From assembly GCF_009914755.1 (NCBI RefSeq), contig NC_060936.1: 64,000 nt of DNA; one strand, 5' to 3'. Origin of the DNA: the human T2T-CHM13v2.0 reference genome, Homo sapiens. This document shows, piece after piece, positions 11,589 through 25,134 of the stretch. Position numbers and translations under genes: made by a program. A model generated the notes under the pieces. The model ran no database searches, had not been told where the DNA came from, and saw only the letters and a list, made by a program, of their open reading frames with translations. Within the stretch, counting starts at the first letter, position 1, and the number at the start of each line of letters is the position of its first letter.

Positions 11589-11726
11589 GGTCTTCTTTTT
11601 CGGAGCACTCAGCATTTTATGTTATGTAATACCTTCTGAAGACCATTATAAAACTTTCTGGCTGGATTTGTACACTGCTAATCCATTATGTGTCAATCCC
11701 AGTGTCCTGTATGCAATATGATGAAG
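11589..11726 (+). pseudogene. Pseudo-exon 9 (R-VFFFGALSILCYVIPSEDHYKTFWLDLYTANPLCVNPSVLYAI**)
   Basis: ttctgacatttctcttcag branch point and acceptor; AAG|gtagaa donor; phase 2/2; W....T.NP..VN STAT-like motif. Confidence 0.6.
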
Positions 11727-13987
11727 GTAGAATTATGTTTCTCATTCAAATTATTTTAACTTTCTCAACTCCCACCTAATTCAGTTCCCTCCATCCTTAT
11801 AACTATCATTGACATGGAGTTGGCAAACAAAAAAGGAAAGTTGTAAGAACTCACAGCCCTAATGATCTTCTTATAAAATCAAATCATAAAGTAGAGAAAA
11901 AGTCAAACAGGACCGTAGAATGCTGAAAGATGGCCTCATCCTTGGAGGAGGAATCCAGGATGAGAGATCTGTGTCAGTAAGGATAGCATTTGCCTGGATG
12001 TCACAGAACCCAACTAGAATGACTTTAGCAAGGAAAGAGAGGGTTTTGGGTAACATAACAAGATCCCAGGCACCTGTTTTTCTATTCTGCTGTTGTCTTT
12101 GCAAGAGTTGTGATATATGTTCAGGTTTCAAGATCTATTCCGAACAGCAAGAAGGCAAAGGACAAGGAGTAAACAGAAGAAGCTAGCTAAGTCTGTCCCC
12201 TTTGAAAAACTTTTTCCAGGATTCACATGCTTGAGCCTCCATTTAAATCTCATCAGCCAGGTTTGGGTCACATGGCCTTCAGTAGCTGCAAGAGAGTCAG
12301 AGCAGGTCAGCCTATGACCTCAGCACATACCATCCCAGACAAAGCAGGGTTTTAATAGCAAGAAAAGGAAAGAGCATGCACATTGAGTTGGCACATTATC
12401 TATTATTACAATAACAGTGATGACTACATTCTCCTAAAGTTTCCTGATTAAAAAAAAAAATAGAAGAGCAGAGAAAAGGCAGGTGAAACAGATTACAAAA
12501 CCCCAGGGAATATAGACAATTGACTAAAGCTGAGCCCAGTGTTACTTAAGTACTTGCCCCTTTGTGATTATCTCCTTAACACAGATAATCCATGGGCCTG
12601 AATCTCATAGTATGACTAGGAGTTAGACAGACTTGGGGAAGGCACCTAGGGGATAAAACATTCCCAGCCAAAGCACCAAGCTGGGAAGCACCATTTTGTA
12701 TGGGGAATTACAATGCATTCCCTATTTCCAGAGATCAAATTGCAAAGTAAGGAATATCAGGCAGGTAAATGGAGCCAGATCACGGAAGGCTTGTGTTTGT
12801 GCTTTAAAAATGTGTTTATCTGGTATGAGAATCCTCTGAGGTGTCTTAAGCCAGGGAGGGAAGGTTCAGACTTAAATTTTAGATAACTCACCTTTAGTGA
12901 CCATTATAGGATGGAATCAAGGAGATAAAAAGGAGGGCGGAGAAACAAGGTAAGAGGCGACCATGTTAATACAATTGGAAGATGTTGAGGCCCTGATCTG
13001 GTGGAGACATGGAGGAGTGCACAAATATGAAGAATTATTTCCTTTGAGTATCATGGAAGACTTCTTGGAGGAAGCAGCCTTTTATAACTGAAAATGAACT
13101 TTATTTTGTGTCTACACTCTGTATCTGAACAGTCTGAGGCATCCTTGCTTCATATATTTTGTAAAAAATTATGGGATATAAGTTAACCACTAATTATAAA
13201 TTCCTAAACAACTTGTTCTACTATTCATAAGTAAAACGATTTGAAAAAAATTTTGGCAAAGGCTAAAAACGTGAAATAATACTCAAAACCTAAAAGTAGG
13301 AAAAGCCTATATCAAGTTACTTATAACCTCAAAAGTAATTGTTCTCTAGTTGTGGTGAGTATCCAGGGAGCAGGGTGAAAATACAGATACAGAAGCCCAC
13401 TTCAGATCTACTAAATCAGAATCTCCACGGTGGGACTTGGGGATGAGTATTTATAATTAATTCCACAGGATATGCTAATATACACTGGTTTTCATCAGCA
13501 GCATGATGAACCTAATAGGGCATGATACACTCCACCATTACACATATTGACAAGAAAGAGGGCATGGGATCCGAGAATGTGCAATTAAGAGGCAAGAGAC
13601 GAAAGTGCAGGCAGAAAGGCTGTCACTCATATAGAATGTCAGAACCATGGAACTTGGCTGCAGAGCCTGGTAGGACTTGAGCAGCAGCTAGGTAGGAAAA
13701 TGGAAAGAGCAGAGGAAGGACTGGGATAGGGAGACTAACAGGGATCCAAGCACAGCCACTTTGGGGGTGGGAGAGTGCTAGATGGCAATAGACAAAATCA
13801 CCCTATCCAAAAGGGTGTGACAAACCTGGTCTCTCAACTTTCCAGGCAATTCATAGCTATGCTTTTGTTGGTAAATCAAGACAAATTTCTTTCTATGTAA
13901 AGTATATATGCTAACTATTATTTGTTGGTGAAAATATAGAGATTACATTGGTCAGTAAACAGAAGAAATTGCATCTCTGTCCCTTAG

Positions 13988-14029
13988 AATAGACCAAAGG
14001 AATATCTGAACAATTCTGATGAGAAAACT
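13988..14029 (+). pseudogene. Pseudo-exon 10 (R-IDQRNI*TILMRK)
   Basis: tctctgtcccttag acceptor; ACT|gtgagt donor; 42 nt, symmetric. Confidence 0.55.
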
Positions 14030-14111
14030 GTGAGTCCCTACAGTTCCATGTTATTAGGCAGGTCCCCAGCACGACAGACCCCTTACCAGCCTGACCAATT
14101 TTGCTCCTTAG

Positions 14112-14234
14112 AGATCACTGAGCAAATACCTGGTGGCTTTGGCACTGTTCCCTACTGTGTCTGTGACATCACCCATTTATTTTGTGAACATCCTACAGAC
14201 ACATTTCATGAAATGGGCCAAGGGAAAGAAGAAG
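14112..14234 (+). pseudogene. Pseudo-exon 11 (phase 2: L-DH*ANTWWLWHCSLLCL*...GPRERR)
   Basis: ctgaccaattttgctccttag acceptor; AAG|gtagga donor; 123 nt symmetric; 4 stops in phase 2, open in phase 0, so the frame is uncertain. Confidence 0.5.
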
Positions 14235-14460
14235 GTAGGAGAAAGGAGAAGGGCAGAGGAAAGGAGAAGGTAGATAGTCCTGTGTGATGAACTTTTCTAA
14301 CACTATTTCTCATTTTTCTCTGGGAAAAATAAAAGTAGCTGACTTTAAACAACCAGCTTCAGATCATCGGGGAACCATGATCACCCCCATGGATCCTGCT
14401 GCCTTCTGAGGCAGTATGCATGATTTGCAAAGACTTCTGTGTTTGAGGTCTTTTTCCTAG

Positions 14461-14550
14461 TATCCTGAGTCAGAACAAGCAGGGTGCATTTGCGTTGACA
14501 TGTCTACCTGAGCTCTTCTGCTTTGGATTAGTCAAAACCATAAACAGCAA
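14461..14550 (+). pseudogene. Pseudo-exon 12 (S-ILSQNKQGAFALTCLPELFCFGLVKTINS), SH2-start-like
   Basis: tctttttcctag acceptor; CAA|gtaagg donor; 90 nt symmetric; stop-free in phase 2 and in frame with the PLEKHG7 exon at 16534. Confidence 0.6.
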
Positions 14551-15064
14551 GTAAGGCTGGAAGAGGTGGTGAGTAGATGTATGGGGAGTTTTTGTCATCA
14601 CAGCCCTCCCCTGCCTCCCAGTCCTTCCTAACAGAGTGGCAGCAGGCAGCTCGCAGCCATTCTGCATGACCAGAGGTGGTCTGAACCATGAACCTGCCTA
14701 ATTCAGCTCTAAGATCTCTCCTTGCATCTTTTTAAAAACTTATTTTAATTCAGAGAGTACATGTGCATATTTGTTCCACGGGTATATTGCATCATGGAGG
14801 AGATCAGACTTCTAGTGTACCCATAACCCAAATATTGAATGTTGTACCCAATAGTTAATTTTGCAACACTTACTTCCCTCCCACCTCACCCCTCCCCACT
14901 TTTGGAGTCTATTGTTTCCATCTTTATGTCTATGGGTACCCATTGTATAGTGCCCACTTATAAGCGAGAGAATGTGATATTTGATTTTCTGCATCTGGAT
15001 TAGTTTACTTAGGATAATGGCCTCCAGCTCCATCCATGTTGCTGAAAAGAAAATAATTTCATGC

Positions 15065-16168
<1,104 letters not shown>

Positions 16169-16533
16169 TTTCTTTATCTAATCAACCATTGATAGACACT
16201 TAGGTCAGTTTCATGACTTTGCTATGGTGAATAGTGCTGCAATAAACATGTGTACAGGTGTCTTTTTTATATTATGATTTCTTTTCCTTTGGGTAGATAG
16301 TCAGTAGTGGGATTGCTGGGTTGAATGGTAGTTCTATTTTTAGTTCTTTGAAATATCTCCATACTGTTTTCCATTGAGGTTGAACTAATTCACATTCCCA
16401 CCAATGGACTATAAGCATCCCTTTCTCCACAACCACGCCAACATCTGTTGTTTTTTTACTTTTTAAAAATAGCCATTCTGAGTGGTCTAAGATGATATTT
16501 CGGTGTGGTTTTCCTTTTATCTCTTGAGCACAG

Positions 16534-16661
16534 GTTCTACGAGCACAGGCGGAGTTCTGTGGTGCTGAACTTACCTGGACTTGAGGTGTTCCCCGGGGAC
16601 CTTCTGGTGTCAGATGGAGCTGCTGATTACCTATGCCATCCACTTCTGCTGCTGAATTCAG
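16534..16661 (+). CDS. PLEKHG7: PLEKHG7 coding exon (FYEHRRSSVVLNLPGLEV...LLLNS); first functional exon seen in window
   Basis: cag acceptor; CAG|gttctg donor (weak); 128 nt; phase 2 in, 1 out, fits next exon. Confidence 0.75.
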
Positions 16662-17905
16662 GTTCTGTTCATTCAGTATACTTTCATTCCATGCCCACTG
16701 TGGAACAGATATTGCCATAACCAGGGGGAATTTTCAAAATATTGAATAATTAGTAGAATATATGCACTGACCTGTTACAATCAGCCTCACCAATTACAAC
16801 GGGCACCAGCTGTTACTGGAATTACGGGAACCAGCTGAGTACCAGTCTTGGTATTGGGCATTCCATTTACAGAGATGAATAAGGTATGGTTCTTCCCTTA
16901 AAATGTCTTCTGGCCAAATGTCTTATCCCAGGCCCAAGACCTGAGACAGGTGCAGCATCCTAGATCAGAGTGCCCTCTCTAGGCTGGTGAGTAGCTTCCC
17001 CATTATTGCTGTCATGTTCATCTCCCACCCCACTCCTGGGCTTCAGCCTCACACTGATATCTTCCAACCAGGGTGGTACCATGGGGAGGCAGAGGTGCCG
17101 GTGGCAGATGAGTGTCTGATAGACAGGCAGCTTTAGGGATAAAGCGTCTGCATCTTCATCTCATTTGTGAAATAAAAGAACAATTAGGGTCTTCAGAGTG
17201 TTTTCTTCAAGATTCTGGGGATAGGTAAATCAAAGCCTTTGAGAGCTAAGAGGAGACTTAAGGATTATCCATGCTGGTGGTTTTTAAACTGGTTTAGTTC
17301 TTAGCAGAGTCCTTTTTACAAAAGAATCCTTGCTTGGAAATCCAATGTATAAAACAAATCCAGGTGAAGTTGCAATGCTTGCAGCTGAGATGAGCCCCAA
17401 AGACTCACCTCCAAGGCATCCCCAGGAGTCTCAGACACCCAACAAAACAGTTTAAAAACCACCAGGGTCATCCCTCATTCACATATGTGTGAGTGAGACC
17501 CAGAAAGGAGAAGTGGCCTAGTCATGGGGTCAGCTGGTTTGTGCAGAGAAATGGAATCAAGGCTCCTGACTGTGAGTCCAGTGCCCTCTCTACCAGTCTG
17601 CATCTGTTATCATCTGTCATCTATTGTATGGGCAGCTGCAGTCTCCTGTACGTGGAGCCCAGGACCACCAGTGAATACATCATAACTAACATGTTTATAG
17701 CTCTTTATTTTTACAGAGCCTTTCACATCTACTTACTGTCTTATATGATACAGTAATCCAAGTGAACAAACCAAGAGGGATTAAGTGATCTGCTTGAGGA
17801 CATGCCCCTAGAAATCTGAGCTAGTTCTAAACACAATGTGGCCTTAACAGAGGTTACTACATTTTAAGAGGCTTTAGAATGCTGTCAATTAGTTAACAAC
17901 TACAA

Positions 17906-18322
17906 CAGTGGTTCTCAAAGGCTGTCCCGAACTAGCAGCTTTGCCATCACCTGAGAAGTTGTTAGAAATGCAGATTCCAGGCTGCCCACCCCCAAGACCT
18001 TCTGAATCAGAAACTCTGGGGGTGGTGTCCAGCAGTCTGTTAGTCCATTTTGTTTGTTGTGGTGGTGGTGGTGGTTGTTGTTTGAGACAGAGTCTCACTC
18101 TGTGGCCACCACCACGCCTGGCTAATTTTTTTGTACTTTTAGTAGAGACGAAGTTTCAACATATTGGTCAGGGTGGTGTCGAACTCCTGACCTTAGGTAA
18201 TCCACCTGCCTTGGCTTCCCAAGGTGCTGGGATTACAGGCGCAAGCCGCTGTGCCCAGCCAGCAGTCTTTTTTAACAAGTTCTGCAGGTGATTTTGATGC
18301 CGGCTACAGTTTGAGAACCACA
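17906..18322 (+). mobile_element. MER5A-like DNA transposon interrupted by an internally deleted antisense Alu (~18078-18260)
   Basis: cagtggttctcaaa...gaaatgcagattcc...gaatcagaaactctggg...gtttgagaacca; Alu motifs inside. Confidence 0.8.
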
Positions 18323-19773
18323 TGCTAAGGAACAAGTTCATCGCTGCTTCTACATCTCACTAGCTGTTATTTTTGTGTGTGCCTAGCATCGTGGTAGATA
18401 CCACACAGCAAAAGATAAGCAGCCTCCTCCCTATACCCCTCTGCCCTCTTCTCAGGAGTTTAGAATAGAGGCCTCATGTTCCCAAGTCACGGTCTAAAGC
18501 AGTGCTGCTCACGCTTTGCTGTGCATATGAGTCACCTGCAGATATAGTTGAAATAAAGATTCTGGCTTAGCAAAATTGTATATTTAAGGCAGATAATGAA
18601 AGATTGTGGATTCAATAAGGACTCATGAATCTTCTGAATATTTACAAAGCTTTCCCAAGGCTCCAAAGCTAGAAAAGCACAGGAGAGAAATTGGCCAAGG
18701 ATCAGGGACCCCAATTATTGCAGTTCAAATTGGATGTAATAATTTACTGCCAGGCATGTGAAATCTAAGTGTGGTGAAGCTGATTTGTGCCTAAGGGAGA
18801 GTCCACCTAATCTCTCTTTAATAAAGATCAATAAGCTGGTCAAAATGAATGAGAGGATAATCTGTTGGGCAGGTGCCTCCCAAGGTTACAGTGGGAAGGT
18901 GCCTTAAGCACATCCTTTGCAGTAAATGCTGCTCAGTTCATTGCTTCCCTTTGATTGAATTATTATGCACACTCTCCTGGGGGATCTGATAGAGAGAGAG
19001 ATGGACGTATAAGACATCCATTTTGTATGCTGAATGGTCAGAACATGCCACCCACACCTAAGAGACAATTTTCAGCTTTGGCTAGGTAGCATTACAACTT
19101 TATGCAAACAGCATAAAATTCAAAAGGCTAGAATCCAATCGAATCTCTTTCCTTCCTGGTCTTCCAAATAATGAGGGATTGAATAACGGCTTCCTTCTCA
19201 AGTCAAAGCAACTCCTAGAAGATGGCCAGTAGCAAGAAGCCCCGACATGGGTGATGTTTTAATGTTCCCTATTTTGGGAGTCTTCATTTAACCACATCTG
19301 GGGATTATGAGTGAATGCAGTTTCCAAGTCTCCCATTTGCTCAAGCTATTGAAGTTTGCATGTGATGGGGGCGTTCTGGAAAGATGGTGTGAAAATGAAG
19401 GGCCTGTCCTTTTAGCCCCAGAGTGCTTTGGCTCCCTGTCTTAAATAAATTACTCAACATCTTCAGTACAGTTTATAGATTTCCTTTCAAGCAATGAGGA
19501 AAAAGAGTTTAAATAATACACCAGTAAAGAAACAGGACAGTACCACCTTAAGGCAGCAACAGAACACCAACTTTTAGGTTGCAACATTGTTTCATTCACT
19601 TGTCTGCAAAAATATAAATATTCATTTTGTGCATTCTCAAGAGAAAGAGAATTAAAGCAGGATGAATTCTGTTTGGCTAATTTTCAAAAAGCAGGTTTTG
19701 TAAAGCACTACGATGATCTGTCGCTAGTTACTCTAAGTACTCGTAATAATATATTGTCTTTAATTTCACCCAG

Positions 19774-19814
19774 AATCCAAAAAGCCAAGATGGCCTTTCT
19801 CCAAAAGAGGAGTG
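19774..19814 (+). CDS. PLEKHG7: PLEKHG7 coding exon (E-SKKPRWPFSKRGV)
   Basis: ttcacccag acceptor; GTG|gtaagt donor; 41 nt; phase 1 in, 0 out. Confidence 0.8.
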
Positions 19815-22800
19815 GTAAGTGTTGCAAATTGCCATTTTTGTTTTAATTAAGCTTCCTGTAGCTAAGAAAGTAAGAAATGGCTGAAGAGTCTCTTCATTCT
19901 GCTTTATCTTTGTATAAAGGCAGATGGCACGTGAAATATAAATGATATCATCACATCCGTAGTATTGGCTACGGAACATGCCAAGTGGTGCCAATTTGTG
20001 CAGCGAAACAGTGCTAATTGCCAGTGGTTAATTAGTTCTGCAAAAAAACACAAAGCAATCCTAATATAGTGATGCTTTACAACACTAAATTTATAACTTG
20101 CTGCTTAGAAAGCAGCTCACTCGATGAAGCAAACTTGCACAAATGTATGCCCCAGTTTGCAGTTAGTGTCGTGTATATTGGGAACATTGAAAAATGAATG
20201 AGATCTTACAGAAACAGATTCTGCAAATACACTTCTATTTCTGGGAAAGCCAATTGGATTAATCCTAGTGGGTTTAAATTCATTCTTGGCTCCATCAATA
20301 ATTGACGAGTTATCCATCTCAATCAGCGGTCCCTGAGACTTTACTGCCTAAGACAAGGGTGGCCACAGTCAAGCCGTTCCTTCTGGCATGCTGTGGGAAG
20401 AGGGAGGGAATGTTCATGATGACAACCTGACTCCTGTTTTCTAGGGGGAGAAAAGGGACTGATTTGTGTTCTCCCAGCATTACTAGTTGCATTACTTACA
20501 CACCACGACCAGCAGCAGCAGCGGGGCCTTATGGACTGTTACTATGCCTCATTCTGTTAAAAATCTGCCCACGTGGCCTTGCCAATCAGTTTGGCATCAG
20601 TTGCTGACATCTGCAGTGGTTCTATGGACACACACACCTTGCTATTTTTTAAGTCCCATCGCTAAATAAAAAGCCCTCTGAAGTTCTAATTCTAGCTGCT
20701 TCCCTTACTGCCCTATGACCTTGGCCAAATGGATTACTCTCCCTCAACTCAGATCTTCCCTATAAAAGGCAGAAGACCAGTGCCAGCCTCACAGGGTGAT
20801 TGTAACGAATGCCGTATAATGCAAGTGGAGCCTACCCCAGAGCTGAGCACACACAGACGCTCAGTCAATCTTGGCCGTATCACTAGTAGTAGTATCTTTA
20901 ATTAGGGTTTGGAAAACAACTTATTCTCATAGCCAAGTGTATGATTGACTTTCACTTTTTTTCCCAAAAATAAAACGTTTATATGGAACATACTGTAAAC
21001 ATTATGAGCTGCAAATCTTAAATTGTTAGTAAAATGGTAACACCATTGCCACCAGGGCTGTTGCTCATCAGTCATTTAGAGACGTGCTTTGTCTGTTTTT
21101 CTGACAGATCTGAGACAAGGCTTATGATGCAGCCCCTCCTGAGCTCTTTCTTCGAATAAACAGAGGCAGAGCTGGTCACCAATCACATCTGAGGTCTCAG
21201 GAGAAGGGGCATCTCCCCCCTAGCCCTCCCGAGGGCTTATCTAGGACAGGGAAGTTCTGAGGGCTGCCTGAGAGATAGAATATGCTTTCAGAAGGGAAGA
21301 ACTTGGCCAAGGAAGGGACACTACTACAAGTTGTTGGGATTGATCCATTCTTTTCCCCAAAAAGAAGCAACTTGTTCTACACACATGTGTTGAGCAACTG
21401 GGCCAAGTACTGGGACAGATATCTAAGATGCCAAGATGTCCATTATCAGCTCACAATTGAGAAGATGGGACTGACAAGTAAACTGTGGGTGGCGGAGGAA
21501 AACATGCTAAATGGTTGGCACTATGTTGGAGGGAGGGAAGCAATGAGGGAGATACACAAAGGAAGAATAATTAGTGGACGTTTTCAGCAAATGTTTTCAG
21601 CAATGAAGAGAAAGTCATTTCTAGAAGCTTCACTTTCACAAGAACACAATATCTGTTTTCTTAAAATTAACGTCTTCTTCTTTCATTTATCCTCTTAGCC
21701 TTATTTATCATGTAATTCATATCTCTATAAATGGTAATCCACATCAATATAACAAACATACTTCTATGTTGTCATGTGCTTTTCCAATCTTTAGAGATTT
21801 TTCTTTTTCCTCCTTTTTTCCTTCCTTTCCTCCTTCCTTTCTTCCCTTCCTCCTTCCTTTCTTCCCAACCATCAATATAATATTAGTAATAAAAGCTAAC
21901 ACCTCTATAACGTTTAGCACATTACCAGGTACTGTTACTGTTTGCATGTATTCTTGTTTATGCATGTCAGTTAACACATGTGAACTCATAAATTCTACAA
22001 CAATCCAACAAGGTAGGTAACATTATTACTTCTCATTTTGAAAATGGGGAAATGGATTCAGAGAGTTTGACTAGTTTGCCTGAGGACACACAGCTCATAA
22101 GCTATGGAGCATGCAGCAGTTCCAGGCAGTCTGGCTTTGAGTCTGTTCTACCCCTGATGTGGCCCTGTTCCTTCAACTGTAGGAGTCCCCATCACCAGAC
22201 CTGGAAACTCCTCCCTCCATTCTCTCATTAGAGCTCTCCATAGATCTTGCCTTTTCTCATTGATTTGTCAACCACTCCAAAAATTTATATATTCAGTCTT
22301 AACCTTCAGTTTTGCTCCAGTTCCATGTCACCAATGACTACTGTACATCTTCATGCCACCTACCTCTTAGTTACTAAGTTTGAGACTCCAGAATTAACCT
22401 TGGCTTCTCGATTTCTTTACCCTGTGTATCCTCTCTCGTAACCTTCAAATGCTTCTCATTGCCTCTCCTAACCACTGCCACCACAATGGAGGCAAGAAGG
22501 TACTAAATGGGTGTGTCGTTTTCAAGAGTTAATGTGACCACTGGGAGAATGGTCTCTTCTCCCCTCACTGGAATACCCACCCAGCCATTTGGCCAGGAGG
22601 CTGGTCAAACCCATAGAAAGCCATGGTGAGTGCCCTTCAAAACACGGGGTTGGCACTCACTTTCCCACAACTCCAATGCTGCTTCCATTGTCTCAGCCTC
22701 TTTCTTTTCCAACTGGCTGCTGATTTTTTATTTCCACAACATGCAGTCACTATGGTTTCAGACATCAACAAAAGGCATATGTCCCAATTGCAGTAGGAGG

Positions 22801-24022
22801 TCTTTAACTGGTTCCAAGATTCCTTTGCTGCTGTGGAGGCTAATGAGTCTACAATAGGTTTCCTCTTTCAGTGCCATAACCCTACCAGAGAAACCAGCCA
22901 CAGCCCATTAGCACATTCTGAAACTATGACACGGTCTCCTTTCAGCACACAGGGAGCCCCCTACCTGCAACAGCAGATAACCTGTGCCTTCTCTTGCTCC
23001 TGAAAAAAACATTGATTAACTTTCACAAAACTGTTTAGATCCATGCCAATATCGTGCACTCTGAGGCAATAGAACAAGTTGAAAAATTGTGATAAACATT
23101 CATTTGAAATGCAGCCAAGCTGACTTTTAAAAGCCTTGCACATTGTTATTTGATAGCTTCTTCCTGCTTTGGTTGGTAAAATGAACTCTTTAAGTGGGCA
23201 ATTCATGATGTCGCAATAGAATAGTGAATGAACTAAAAAGAAAATGTTCACAATATAAGCTTAAAAAGCAAGTTGCAAAAGGATGTGTAAATATGGTACA
23301 TTATACCATTTAAAAATTAATTATGAATATGATCAGAATACCATATTTCCAATGGGTATATAGGGGTGAAGACACATTTCATGCTTTTTTTTGTTTGTTT
23401 TTTCTCAAATTTTCTACAATAAACATATTATCTTAGAAATCAGATTTTTTAAACAAATATTATTAAGAAAAAATGACTATAACAAAAATAAGTGGGTGAT
23501 TCCATTCTAAGGAAAATAGAGTTTCCAGCATATTCTGGTATTCTGTAGCAGAGAATTATTGTTTGGGGCAACTCGCTTGAACACTGGGCTTTATTTTGTC
23601 ATCTGCTAAATTAAGGGTTGAACCAATATGTCTGAGGTACCTTCTGATGTTAATAAATCTTAGGGTCCAGAGTTTGGAAAAGTTAAGACTGTGAAGGCTA
23701 TGTCACCCCAATGGGTAGGCATGATAAGACTGTTTGCTATATGACCATTCTGTGCCTAGGATTTTTTTTTTTTTAATTTGTAAAATGAGAGGTTTGGACA
23801 AGGTAGTCTCACGGGCCTGTGTCCCCCAGGTCTGACATTCTGTGGTTCTGCAGCTCCTACTAGAGCTCAGAAATGGCTTTGGAACTGTTAGTGGCTTAAA
23901 GACAAAATATGCCATCTCTTATCATGAATGTTAGGGAATGAACGAAAGATGCCAAGGCTACCGAAGTCATGTCATTAAAGAATCAATGTTTGAAAATCCT
24001 GTTTCTAACCATCTTCGAGCAG

Positions 24023-24118
24023 GGCAAAGACAAACACAAGCACATATCTGATCTGGAAAACTGCCTGTCCTCTGTGAAAATTACCAGCTTCAGGGGCTAT
24101 GACTTCTACGGTCTTAAG
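24023..24118 (+). CDS. PLEKHG7: PLEKHG7 coding exon (GKDKHKHISDLENCLSSVKITSFRGYDFYGLK)
   Basis: cag acceptor; AAG|gtatct; 96 nt, phase 0/0. Confidence 0.85.
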
Positions 24119-24918
24119 GTATCTTTCAAACTGTTAACTATGGGGTTTGACTTTTTCTTTTCGTTTTTTGGTGGGGTGGGGAAGGTCGGGTCAGTATTTT
24201 AAGCTGCCAGATTACTGCCTTGTTTATAGTAAGAGCAAAATGCAAGAGAGGAACCCAGGACTGAGCAGGGCCTGCTCTCCTCAAACACACTGAAAGCTGG
24301 GGAAAGTCGTTTTATCTTAAATAAGGTAACAAATGTGAGAGCACTTCATAGGCCAGGAAGCCTCTACAAATGTTAAAAGTGGGTGTTACTACTCTTCGTC
24401 TCTCTGGGCCTGGATTTCCTCATTTGAAACGTTAAGTTGTTTTTGATAAGACAATTTCTAAAGGTCTCTTTGCACTCTAAAGCTCTCACTTCATGCTTCT
24501 TCAGTAGTTAATTTCAATAAGTTTTGCCAACGGAACCTGGAATCAGACTTCCCAGTCCTGGGTTTAGGGTTCTTTGAGTTTTTTTTGTCAATAAACTGAA
24601 AAAGACTCATGATATTCTCAAGCATAATTCAAAACATCATCAATCTGAATTGATTTGAATCTTAAACTAGAAATAATGCACATTGTGCATTTCATGCTGC
24701 ATATTAGGAGGAATTGGCATCCCGGAGCCCCACAGAGAGAAGCTGTGGCTTGGGTCACTTGGGGAGTCACTGTCAAGAGGGATGCCCAGGGTCTGAAGCA
24801 GGAAATCATGATTTCGGGGGTTGCTTGGTCCTTTGGAACTGCAAGCCAAAGCAAATAGCCAACAGGTCAATCCACTGAGGTGGAAATGTTTTGTTCTCTC
24901 TTTTTCCCTCATGTACAG

Positions 24919-25062
24919 GATAAGACCTGGGATGAAGTCTTGGAAACACATCACAAACTCCCGACCGATCAATTAGACCTGAAAAAGCAGCAAGAGGCCG
25001 TGTGGGAACTTTTCACAAGTGAATGCACCTATTTTTTGGACCATTTATTAGTTCTTAAGATG
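24919..25062 (+). CDS. PLEKHG7: PLEKHG7 coding exon, start of DH domain (DKTWDE...QQEAVWELFTSECTYFLDHLLVLKM)
   Basis: Pyrimidine tract + cag; ATG|gtaatg; DH CR1 motif ELxxSExxY. Confidence 0.93.
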
Positions 25063-25134
25063 GTAATGCCAGGCTTAATTTTTGTAGTAGATGGAAAATA
25101 TTAATTTGTTTTTTTGGGCACTTGTTTTCCTCTT

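Larger units (their letters stand above)
3040..14550 (+). pseudogene. Putative decayed 12-exon STAT-like coding module in the PLEKHG7 intron (overall span)
   Basis: 12 AG/GT-bounded segments totalling 1517 nt, all junction phases compatible, 16 in-frame stops. By-eye similarity to STAT DBD/linker/SH2 motifs. The last segment is in phase with the PLEKHG7 exon at 16534. Confidence 0.6.

Noticed and set aside
12585-12609. Possible 25-nt micro-exon switching the pseudo-exon chain to phase 0
   Set aside because: Begins with a stop codon, has a weak donor and is not needed for the chain. The phase-0 reading of 13988-14550 (NRPKEY..., RSLSKYLVALAL...) has fewer stops but does not join the 16534 acceptor, so it is kept only as an alternative.
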